Origin: Eledone cirrhosa
Lineage: Eukaryota
Length of the DNA: 64,000 nucleotides
Direction of reading: 5' to 3'
Assembly: GCA_964016885.1 (NCBI GenBank)
Contig: OZ024744.1
Coordinates: 6,510,001-6,574,000, forward strand
Part shown: one piece after another, positions 52,601 through 64,000 of the stretch
How positions within the stretch are numbered: position 1 is the stretch's first letter
How the letters are laid out: each line of letters starts with the position of its first letter
Made by a program: the position numbers and the translations under genes
Notes under the pieces: generated by a model
Told to the model about the DNA's origin: nothing
What the model saw: only the letters and a program-made list of their open reading frames with translations
The model's database searches: none

Positions 52601-53332
52601 AAGTGTTTTAAATATCTTTCAGCTGCTACAATCTTTCATTTTCGTACGAAAACCGGAAACAGCAAGTTCGAAATAAGGATTTGCTATGTTTCAACTTCCA
52701 ATAAAATGTGCGTGTGTCTGTGCGTTAGTGTGTCTGTATGTGTGTGGTTGAGTGTGTCTGATTAAGTATGTATCTGTGATTCTGTGTGTCTGTGTCTGTG
52801 TGTGTGTGTCTGAGTATGTCTGTATATGTGTGTTTGTGTGTGTGTAAGTGTGTATGTATATGTGTGTGTATGCGTTTGTATGTATGCACGTGTGTGTGTG
52901 TTTATATATGTCTGGAAGGACGGTTGATGTATGTATCAATGTTTGTACATGCAGATATGTATTTATTTGTAGGTGACTGTGATCATACGTATATACTATT
53001 TCTACAGCTACCTAAATATAAATTACAACTCCGTGATTGTCACAAACATTCAAGTGTCAGGCATCCATCACCAAACCAACCCCAATCTATCACATTCACC
53101 AATACCTACTTTGCTATGCTCCTATACTAATCAACAAGCAATAGTAAATTACACCAAAACCGGCCCCCGACTGATATTTCCAATTATTTTTAAGTATTAA
53201 CAATCAGTCACATTTATGTATTTTCTCACGTATATTGTCATTCGTTTGATATGTTAATATAGTTGCACACACATAAAGGCACACACACACATAAAGGCAC
53301 ACACACACATAAAGGCACACACACACATAAAG

Positions 53333-53366
<34 letters not shown>

Positions 53367-53824
53367 GTGTGTATGTTTATATATATATATATATATATAG
53401 GTGTACATGGATGCATTTATATAGGTATATCTATAAATTTACATACGTCTGTATTCAACACACACATATATATATATATATACACACATATATATATATA
53501 TATACATATATATACATATATATGTATATGTATATATATAAATATATATATAAACATATGTACATATACATGTATATGTGCGTGTGTATGAATATACATA
53601 CACATACATATCTACTCATATAAAATGAGGCTTCATTTGTGATAAACCCATTAGCGACAGCCTCTCAACACTCCAACCACTAGACAACATCGAAACCATT
53701 CATCACTCAGCAACACAATTCACCATCACTCAAAATTCCGAACCACCACCACACAACACCTCAACCATTCGCCACATAACATCCAAGCCCACCACCACTC
53801 AACATCTAGTGGTTATAGAGTGGT

Positions 53825-54590
53825 AAGAATTTCTCAGGAGAGCTGGACAGTAGAAGTTCTTCTGAGAAGAAACTCTCAGGAGGGCTGGAGAGCAGAAGGT
53901 TTTCAGAGAAAAAACTCTCGGGAGGGCTGGAGAGCAGAAGGTCTTCAGAGAAAAAACTCTCAGGAGAGCTGGACAGCAGAAGGTCTTCAGAGAAGAAACT
54001 CTCAGAAGAGCTGGACAGTAGAAGGTCTTCAGGGAAGAAACTCGCAGGAGAGCTGGACAGTAGAAGGTCTTCAGAGAAGAAACTCTCAGAAGAGCTGGAC
54101 AGTAGAAGGTCTTCAGGGAAGAAACTCGCAGGAGAGCTGGACAGTAGAAGGTCTTCAGAGAAGAAACTCTTAGAAGAGCTGGACAGTAGAAGGTCTTCAG
54201 GGAAGAAACTCGCAGGAGAGCTGGACAGCAGAAGGTCTTCAGAGAAGAAACTCTCAGGAGACTGGACAGTAGAAGGTCTTCAGAGAAGAAACTCGCAGGA
54301 GAGCTGGACAGCAGAAGGTCTTAATAGAAGAAACTCTCAGGAGGGCTGGACAGTAGAAGGTCTTTAGAGAAGAAACTGTCAGGAGAGCTGGACAGCAGAA
54401 GGTCTTTAGAGAAGAAACTTTCAGGAGAGCTGGAGAGCAGAAGGTTTTCAGGGAAGAAACTCTCAGAAGCGCTGGACTGCAGAAGGTCTTCAAAGAAACT
54501 CTCCAGGAGTGCTGGACAGCAGAAGGTCTTCAGAGAAGAAACTCTCAGGAGAGCTGGACAGCAGATGGTCTTCAGAGAAGAAAGCCCTCT
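53825..54590. repeat. 42-bp minisatellite, about 18 copies
   Basis: Unit agaagaaactctcaggagagctggacagtagaaggtcttcag. Confidence 0.93.
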
Positions 54591-55269
54591 CAAGCTTGTG
54601 TGTCGGCCCTTAACTTCTACCATCTATTTTGCAGGTCTGAAACTTTTAGCTTGACCACATTAAAATGTTTATTTTAATTCATTCTCTTCCAAAGTTCTCC
54701 CTGTCTCCTATCCCAACAATTCACATTTCCAGTATTATTACCATAGCAACAATTCTTCATCCGCATTTCTTATACAAACCATAAACACCATCGAGTACGT
54801 AATTCTAATAACCCCCCCCCCCACACACACACACACACACACACGCACTATATTATTCATAAATGAAAACCCCATTAAAAAAACCTATATGAATTAAAAC
54901 TCACAAAATCTGCTTTCTGCTTGATGAATAGCAAAATGAAACTTCCTGCTTATAAAATATATTAGATATTTTATTCCAGAAATGTATGTTACACTAGATA
55001 TTCTGTCGTCTTCTATTGTTCTTATATACATACAAGACTGTTAAACATTTATTCGTAGTTATATTTATATATTTTTATGTTCTTATTCCTATACAAAAAT
55101 CTGAATACTTAATTTCATGAATTTTCCCGTTTTCCTCTCTAGAGAAACAGAGGAGTATGATGCGGGTAAGTGAATCACAGAGAATGTGGATCGTGTAAGC
55201 AGCCCCTTCTCAATATTTTAGCAGTCTATCATGGGTACCAATATGTTTGTTGACACTAATATATATTGT

Positions 55270-55500
55270 GTTCTGGTCTGTAGCTTTCTGATTAGGGCGT
55301 TCATCTCGTGCGTTAGATATTCGAAACCAGCGGTGCCTTAATTTCCTTGAGCAAGTCACTTCAATGCTCGTTGATCCAATCCTTTCAGCTAGAAAGTATG
55401 AGCTGCGACGACATCCGCCTTTGCCGTTCCGTTTGACAAGATCAATCTTCCACAAAATTCCCAGTCCAGGATTGCGCCATGGAGAGTAGCTTTCCACTTG
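55270..55500 (+). mobile_element. Possible old tRNA-derived SINE of a second family
   Basis: B-box-like ttcgaaacc followed by tccttgagcaagtcactt..cagct, a SINE core-like motif. Confidence 0.35.
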
Positions 55501-56231
55501 CAAATCATTGATGAATCAGATAGAAATAGGGGGAGGGGGGGCAACTTCCTTTTATTTTAATATTTTACTCCGATGTTGTTTTCAGTGTAGGTTGTGTTCT
55601 AATGAGCTTTGTAGAAGGTGAACAACGGGTTTGGTCGGGTCGGGACGGGTGTACCTTCTTTTTTTCTTCGTGAATGAGAGTAGATTTTTGGGGGCGGAAT
55701 AATTTATCTTGCAAAATATTGGTAAATTCCAAGGCAGTTGGGTATTTTTATAGGTAGAAGACAAATGTCAGCACCTATGACAGCATTCACGGTCTTTTTG
55801 GTGGCGGGGACGGAAGTAAATTATCCTCATCATCCTCAAATCAGAGATACATGCTTCCTATGCTTACAGCAGAATAGACATAACTTAAGTTACTTAAGGA
55901 AGAGAATATGAAGTTAAACAGGTTGATGGTATTTACTGTTAACGTTCCTAATTTGAGAAACTATATGAAGTTTATATATCTATCTTTATAGATTTCATAA
56001 AATACAGAGAGTGGGGAAGCAACCGTATATTCACTCTGACAGCTGAAACATCTTTCACCGAAGGTCCGCTGAGCCAGAGCCTGTCTTGGAGCTAAACAAC
56101 AATCTACCAGATTGAGAATTTATGTTTTGGAAGAGGAAACAATTACTATCTCATCTTTTTTTCATTCTTTTTCTATCCCTTTCAACATTCTAATTCAATC
56201 CCTCCCCTTCACTATCCACCCTTTCTCTCAC

Positions 56232-56301
<70 letters not shown>

Positions 56302-56703
56302 CTTTCTCTCTCTCTCTTTAGGGGTATGTGATAATAGAGACGGGGGAACAACCTAAAAAATCTAATCAGTCAATTTCAATTGGCTGACAGATATCAACTG
56401 TACTCCCCAAGTGCACCGCTGTGGACGAGGAACAACCACACTGGGTCTTCTACATCGTATTTAGATAGATTTCTAGCTATAATAATCGATAAAGATACTT
56501 TAACCTGTCCACAAATGCACATGGTCACCTATTTAGAGCACAAATTACTGACCAGCATAGTCGATCTCGTTAGAAGACAGAGAACGACCCGGATACTGGA
56601 AGCTAAACATGTCATTCCCGACACGTAAAGCCTGTAATAAACGCATTAGCAATTTACTTTAACGTCAGTTGACGGTGGCCACCGTCAACAACAGGTGGTG
56701 GTG

Positions 56704-56773
<70 letters not shown>

Positions 56774-56884
56774 CACTTCACTTTTCTAATGTTTCTCTAA
56801 CTTTCAGTTCTACTTGTCATAATTTATTGAATTAGCTCTCTCCGTCACATTCTCTCATCGTTCATCTATTTCTCTTTCCCTCTC

Positions 56885-57009
<125 letters not shown>

Positions 57010-58418
57010 TAATCTGTTACTCTCTACCCTTTCTCTCTCTCCTTCTCTCTCTCTCTCTCTATCTATCTATCTATACATCTATTTTTTACTCGCTCTCTCT
57101 CTCCCTCACTTTCTCCCTTTCGTTCCCCCTCCCTCTGTCCCTCTCTACCTCTCTCCCTCTCTCTCTCTCTTATTCTACACTACCAATACCAAGAATGTCA
57201 TTTATAATTATCCAATCAATTCTTCTGAAACTTTATTTTCGATTTTCTTCGGTTAATTTCTTTTATATTTTTTACCTTTTACTAATTTTTACATCATTTT
57301 TTTTTTTTTCATTATTTGTATTTATTGCTAAGTATATATTTTATTATTTGAAATGTTATTTCCTCTTATTTACTTAGCGGCAGTGAGTCAATTATCTAGA
57401 TTGTTAGACAGAATGGCGGCGTGGATAACAACGATCTTCTTGAATTAAAAGCTTAATCACTGAAAGGGTTAAAACATTCTAAGATTGGTGTATTTCTTTT
57501 TTTTTGTTTTTGTTGCTGTTTTTGTCTTTCTTGTTTTCTTCTATTTTTCTTTTAACTATTTATTTTGTACATTTTTCAAAGTTTCGGAGAAGCTGTTTTT
57601 CATCAGATAAACAGGAAAATTAAACAACTTCAACCGTAAATAAATAAATAAATGAATCAGAAAAAAAAAACATTGAAAAATTTAAATGTGATTAGAATTA
57701 AATGAGACGGGAATTAAATATATTACGGCATTACAAAGCTCTCTCTCTCTCTCACACACACACTCAAACGCACACACACACATACACACACACACATACA
57801 CATACACACTCACACACACACACATACACACACACACACACTCATACACACACACATACACATACACACACACATATACACACTCACACACCCACATACA
57901 CATACACACACTCATACACACTCACACACATACACACTCTCTCACACACACACACACGCGCGCGCACACACACACATACACACACTCACACATGCATAAT
58001 CTATATATCTATATATGGTCTTCAAAATGTTTTTAAATAAACATACAGTATATTATCAAATACACTGTACATACCTTCATATATTTCAGAGCACTGATAC
58101 TAATAACTAATTTTTGCTGGACCGGCAACCACTCTGTATAATCAGCTCTTAACCATCACTGGAATTCTATAAGAATCAATCTTATATAACTCACAGCAGA
58201 AGCGAAGAGGTAAGTAGTCTTGATAACCGGTAACGAGCGAGAAACAGGATTGTCGATTACTCCCCTTTGTTTTTGTCGAGAATAAGTAAGTGACATATTC
58301 ACTACTTTAAATTTCATAGCAAATGGTCTTCAAAATGTCTTTAATTAAACATACAGTATATTATAAAATATACTATACATACATTCATGTATACATCGCT
58401 ATTTCGGAGCACCAACAG

Positions 58419-58455
<37 letters not shown>

Positions 58456-58517
58456 TTTATCCCGGGTTCAATCGGAGGTAACCACAGTAAGTAAGGTACT
58501 CAATACAAAGCATATAT

Positions 58518-58584
58518 AAGTTATTATTAGAAATTCCTATATATATATATATATATATATATATAGGAATTTCTAATAATAACT
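58518..58584. repeat. Palindrome centred on (TA)n
   Basis: aagttattattagaaattcc (ta)n ggaatttctaataataactt. Confidence 0.9.
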
Positions 58585-58644
58585 TTGGCTGAAGGCGACC
58601 AGTTGTGGGTGAAGGAAAAGCCGGTCATAAAGACACCAGTACAT

Positions 58645-59005
58645 AATTGGTTGTTTATTTTTTCGACTCCGAATTACTGAAAGACAAAATTGACTTTTGT
58701 GGAATTTGAACGTGAAATGTAAATTGTCATATGAAATACACAAATCTTGTTAACCGACGGTGTTCTGATGCTGCCAAATCCATTAATCATTATTCTGATA
58801 TTGATACAGGGTCATCAGTTTGAAGGGAGGGGGGAAAGTCGATTAAATGGATCTCAATGTATGACTGGTACTTTATTTTATCGACCCCGTAAGGATGAAA
58901 GGCAAAGTTAACCTCGAAAGGATTTGAACTTCAGAACCTTAAGAGCCGTAACTATATGCCGAAAAGCATGTAGTATGACGCTCTACCAATACTACCATTT
59001 CCTCG
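58645..59005 (-). mobile_element. Two tandem tRNA-derived SINE copies (one highly diverged)
   Basis: ctggtactttattttatcgaccccgtaaggatgaaaggcaaagttaacctcg..gatttgaact at 58865-58930; diverged similar sequence at 58645-58775. Confidence 0.75.
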
Positions 59006-59988
59006 TCCCTTTAATCCACTAGTAGCCTATTCTATATTAGTGGGAAAGGCTTACACCTGCATTGAAATAACTTTAAAACGTAGATTTAGAAACATATATT
59101 CTTATGTTAAGTCGTATAAAAAGTAGGGTACGATTTAAGACATCATACAATGAATATTTTTAAAGTGCACAGAATATATAAATAGAAAATACAAATATGA
59201 TTTGAAAGGAATATTGCTTTAACTACCCCCACTGGAAGGAGAATAACCTGCCGGTGTCATAACAAGGCTCTGTCTCTCACAATTGATTCACTTTCTCTAC
59301 GGCAATTTCCTTCCTTATAGGAGTTCAGAGGAGCAAGAAGATACCAACTTCCTCATGATTGCTTAGGTAAATGTCTTCATAAATTTATTTAAAATGTTAT
59401 TTATTAATACCCTGTTTTATGTACTTTCCGTGTTACTGGTGCCGGTCTTGTTGATCATCTGTTATTCAGTTTGTCTTGAAATGGTTGTGTAAATATTAAA
59501 ACTCGAATCAATTCTCCTAACAAAGATCATGGCCGTGTTGCAAGAAGTTATTGTTGTTGCGACGTGTATCAAGTCGATAAAACTTACTGATCTGCTAGTA
59601 GAATCAGACAAGAAATATATTACAGTATTTAATTTAGTAACTTTATTTTGTTTTTAAAGAATTAACTTTAGCAAGGGCGTCCTTATGTTCAATTTGTTTG
59701 GGGATCGAAAGAAAAAATCGAAAATATTATTATATTGGCATCGATTTAATCGATAAACACACTCTCACCTAGAAAATCTGTCTTACTAACTGGGTAAAAA
59801 GTTATTATCATTATTTCATGTAATATGTACGATACATATAAGATACTGATCGATATTTATTGATTAAACATTCTAGAGATTAGTGGGATGTGTAGTTGAT
59901 AGATTCGTCTGTAATACATGATTAGTGGGTACTTATTTTGTTGACAATATTTAGATAAGGAACATTTGATCTTAGATGTTAAAGGGAC

Positions 59989-62900
59989 GTGGTGCAGTAA
60001 CGGTTATGTCTACTGCAGTATTTCACTGATGTAGGTGTGGTGCAGTAACGGTTATGTCTACTGCAGTATTGCACTGATGTAGGTGTGGTGCAGTAACGGT
60101 TATGTCTACTGCAGTATTTCACTGATGTAGGTGTGGTGCAGTAACGGTTATGTCTACTGCAGTATTGCACTGAGGTAGGTGTGGTGCAGTAACGGTTATA
60201 TCTACTGCAGTATTGCACTGAGGTAGGTGTGGTGCAGTAACGGTTATGTCTACTGCAGTATTGCACTGAGGTAGGTGTGGTGCAGTAACGGTTATGTCTA
60301 ATGCAGTATTGCACTGATGTAGGTGTGGTGCAGTAACGGTTATGTCCACTGCAGTATTGCACTGATGTAGGTGTGGTGCAGAAGAGGTTATGTCTACTGC
60401 AGTATTGCACTGATGTAGGTGTGGTGCAGTAACGGTTATGTCTACTGTAGTATTGCACTGATGTAGGTGTGATGCAGTAACGGTTATTTCTACTGCAGTA
60501 TTACACTGATGTAGGTGTGGTGCAGTAACGGTTATGTCTACTGCAGTATTGCACTGAAGTAGATGTGGTGCAGTAACGGTTATGTCTACCGCAGTATTGC
60601 ACTGAGGTAGGTGTGGTGCAGTATCGGTTATGTCTACTGCAGTATTTCACTGATGTAGGTGTGGTGCAGTAACGGGTATGTCTACTGCAGTATTGCACTA
60701 TTGTAGGTGTAGTGCGGTAACGGTTATTTCTACTGCAGTATTGCACTGATGTAGGTGTGGTGCAGTAGCGGTTATTTCTACAGCAGTATTGCACTGATGT
60801 AGATGTGGTGCAGTAACGGTTATGTATACTGCAGTATTGCACTGATGTAGGTGTGGTGCAGTAACGGTTATGTCTACTGCAGTATTTCACTGATGTAGGT
60901 GTGGTGCAGTAACGGTTATGTCTACTGCAGTATTGCACTGAGGTAGGTGTGGTGCAGTAACGATTATGTCGACTGCAGTATTGCACTGAGGTAGGTGTGG
61001 TGCAGTAACAGTTATTTCTACTGCAGTATTCCACTGAGGTAGGTGTGGTGCAGTAACGGTTATGTCTACTGCAGTATTGCACTGATGTAGGTGTGGTGCA
61101 GTAACGGTTATGTCTACTGCAGTATTGCACTGATGTAGGTGTGGTGCAGTAACGGTTATGTCTACTGCAGTATTGCACTGATGTAGGTGTGGTGCTGTAA
61201 CGGTTATGTCTATTGCAGTATTGCACTGAGGTAGGTGTGGTGCAGTAACGGTTATGTCTACTGCAGTATTGCACTGATGTAGGTATGGTGCAGTAACGGT
61301 TATGTCTACTGCAGTATTGCACTGATGTAGGTGTGGTGCAGTAACGGTTATGTCTACTGCAGTATTGCACTGATGTAGGTGTGGTGCAGTAACGGTTATG
61401 TCTACTGCATTATTGCACTGATGTAGGTGTGGTGCAGTAACGGTTATGTCTAGTGCAGTATTGCACTGAGGTAGCTGTGGTGCAGTAACGGTTATTTCTA
61501 CTGCAGTATTGCACTGAGGTAGGTGTGGTGCAGTAACGGTTATGTCTACTGTAGTATTGCACTGAGGTAGGTGTGGTGCAGTAACGGTTATGTCTACTGC
61601 AGTATTGCACTGATGTAGGTGTGGTGCAGTAACGGTTATGTCTACTGCAGTATTGCACTGATATAGGTGTGGTGCAGTAGCGGTTATTTCTACAGCAGTA
61701 TTGCACTGATGTAGATGTGGTGCACTAACGGTTATGTATACTGCAGTATTGCACTGAGGTAGTTGTGGTGGAGTAACGGTTATGTCTACTGCTATATTGC
61801 ACTAGGTAGGTGCGGTACAGTAACGATTGTCTACTGCAGTATTGCACTGATGTAGGTGTGGTGCAGTAACAGTTATTCTACTGCAGTATTGCACTGATGT
61901 AGGTGTGGTGCAGTAACGGTTATGTCTACTGCAGTATTGCAATGATGTAGGTGTGGTGCAGTGACGGTTATTCTATTGCCTGTATTGCACTGAGGTAGGT
62001 GTGTTGCAGTAACGGTTATTTCTACTGCAGTATTGCACTGATGTAGGTGTGGTGCAGTAACGGTTAGGTCTACTGCATTATTGCACTGATGTAGGTGTGG
62101 TGCAGTAACGGTGATGTCTACTGCAGTATTGCACTGATGTAGGTGTGGTGCAGTAACGGCTATGTCTACTGCAGTATTGCACTGATGTAGGTGTAGTGCA
62201 GTAACGGTTATGTCTACTGCAGTATTGCACTGATGTAGGTGTGGTGCTGTAACGGTTATGTCTATTGCAGTATTGCACTGAGGTAGGTGTGGTGCAGTAA
62301 CGGTTATGTCTACTGCAGTATTGCACTGATGTAGGTATGGAGCAGTAACGGTTATGTCTACTGCAGTATTGCACTGATGTAGGTGTGGTGCAGTAGCGGT
62401 TATTTCTACTGCAGTATTGCACTGATGTAGATGTGGTGCACTAACGTTTATATATACTGCAGTATTGCACTGAGGTAGTTGTGGTGCAGTAAAGGTTATG
62501 TCTACTGCAATATTGCACTAGGTAGGTGTGGTGCAGTAACGATTATGTCTACTGCAGTATTGCACTGATGTAGGTGTGGTGCAGTAACAGTTATGTCTAC
62601 TGCAGTATTGCACTGATGTAGGTGTGTTGCAGTAACGGTTATGTCTACTGCAGTATTGCACTGATGTACGTGTGGTGCAGTGACGGTTATGTCTATTGCA
62701 GTATTGCACTGAGGTAGGTGTGGTGCAGTAACGGTTATTTCTACTGCAGTATTGCACTGATGTAGTGCAGTAACGGTTATGTCTACTGCAGTATTGCACT
62801 TAAGTAGGTGTGGTGCAGTAACGGTTATGTCTACTGCAGTATTGCACTTAGGTAGGTGTGGTGCAGGAACAGTTATGTCTACTGCAGTATTGCACTTAGG

Positions 62901-64000
62901 TAGGTGTGGTGCAGTAACGGTTATGTCTACTGCAGTATTGCACTGATGTAGGTGTGGTGCAGTAACGGATATTTCTACTGCAGTATTGCACTTAGGTAGG
63001 TGTGGTGCAGTAACGGTTATGTCTACTGCAGTATTGCACTGATGTAGGTGTGGTGCAGTAACGGTTATGTCTACTGCAGTATTGCACTGAGTTAGGTGTG
63101 GTGCAGTAACGATTATGTCGACTGCAGTATTACACTGATGTAGGTGTGGTGCAGTAACGGTTATGTCTACTGCAGTATTGCACTGATGTAGGTGTAGTGC
63201 AGTAACGGTTATGTCTACTGCAGTATTGCACTGATGTAGGTGTGGTGCTGTAACGGTTATGTCTATTGCAGTATTGCACTGAGGTAGATGTGGTGCAGTA
63301 ACGGTTATGTCTACTGCAGTATTGCACTGATGTAGGTATGGTGCAGTAACGGTTATGTCTACTGCAGTATTGCACTGATGTAGGTGTGGTGCAGTAACGG
63401 TTATGTCTACTGCTGTATTGCACTGATGTAGGTGTGGTGCAGTAACGGTTATGTCTACCGCATTATTGCACTGATGTAGGTGTGTTGCAGTAACGGTTAT
63501 GTCTAGTGCAGTATTGCACTGAGGTAGGTGTTGTGCAGTAACGGTTATTTCTACTGCAGTATTGCACTGATGTAGGTGTGGTGCAGTAACGGTTATGTCT
63601 ACTGTAGTATTGCACTGAGGTAGGTGTGGTGCAGTAACGGTTATGTCTACTGCAGTAGTGCACTGATGTAGGTGTGGTGCAGTAACGGTTATGTCTACTG
63701 CAATATTGCACTGATGTAGGTGTGGTGCAGTACGGTTAAATCTACTGCAGTATTGCACTGATGTAGGTGTGGTGCAGTAGCGGTTATTTCTACTGCAGTA
63801 TTGCACTGATGTAGATGTGGTGCACTAACGGTTATATATACTGCAGTATTGCACTGAGGTAGTTGTGGTGCAGGAACGGTTATGTCTACTGCAATATTGC
63901 ACTAGGTAGGTGTGGTGCAGTAAGGATTATGTCTACTTCAGTATTGCAATGATGTAGGTGTGGTGCAGTAACAGTTATGTCTACTGCAGTATTGCACTGA
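59989..64000. repeat. 48-bp tandem satellite array, about 83 copies, runs off the window end
   Basis: Unit gtggtgcagtaacggttatgtctactgcagtattgcactgatgtaggt. Confidence 0.97.

Noticed and set aside
53825-54590. Tandem hammerhead array (CTGAAGA on the minus strand)
   Set aside because: GAAAC lies on the opposite strand, so the core cannot assemble on one RNA.
55140-55172. Small host exon (polypyrimidine-ag ... gtaagt)
   Set aside because: Splice-like signals alone, with no recognisable coding sequence or partner exons.
57580-57615. CTGATGA...CGAAAC on the minus strand
   Set aside because: No helix II or helix I pairing and no UH site.
59989-64000. CRISPR array or Cys/His-rich repeat protein gene
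   Set aside because: Units are contiguous with no unique spacers and no cas genes, in a eukaryotic context. The ORFs arise because 48 is a multiple of 3, and they are broken by stops and indels.

Overview
AT-rich eukaryotic DNA almost entirely made of retroelements, SINEs, microsatellites and minisatellites. I recognise no host protein-coding gene. The SINE type and microsatellite load suggest a cephalopod such as Octopus, but that is inference. Contents: a decayed near-full-length RTE LINE (0.7-4.8 kb), two R4/Dong-like RLE LINE relics, two L1/Tx1-like elements, several RTE fragments and about 8 tRNA-derived SINEs. There are also MITE-like fold-backs, a 42-bp minisatellite and a 48-bp satellite array filling the last 4 kb. 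The dominant theme is Penelope-like elements (PLEs; RT plus C-terminal GIY-YIG endonuclease) of at least three families, inserted in (TA)n tracts as head-to-head fold-backs. The largest is a 5.2-kb palindrome whose 2.3-kb arms appear identical. About 14 type I hammerhead ribozyme (HHR) motifs can be read directly from the sequence. Several lie in short non-coding fold-back or tandem units with no ORF, which look like non-autonomous, retrozyme-like elements. In several fold-backs one arm carries a family-specific 55-95 nt extra tail; in two families the shorter arm ends at the same base in independent copies. All coordinates and pairings were read by eye, and element boundaries are approximate.
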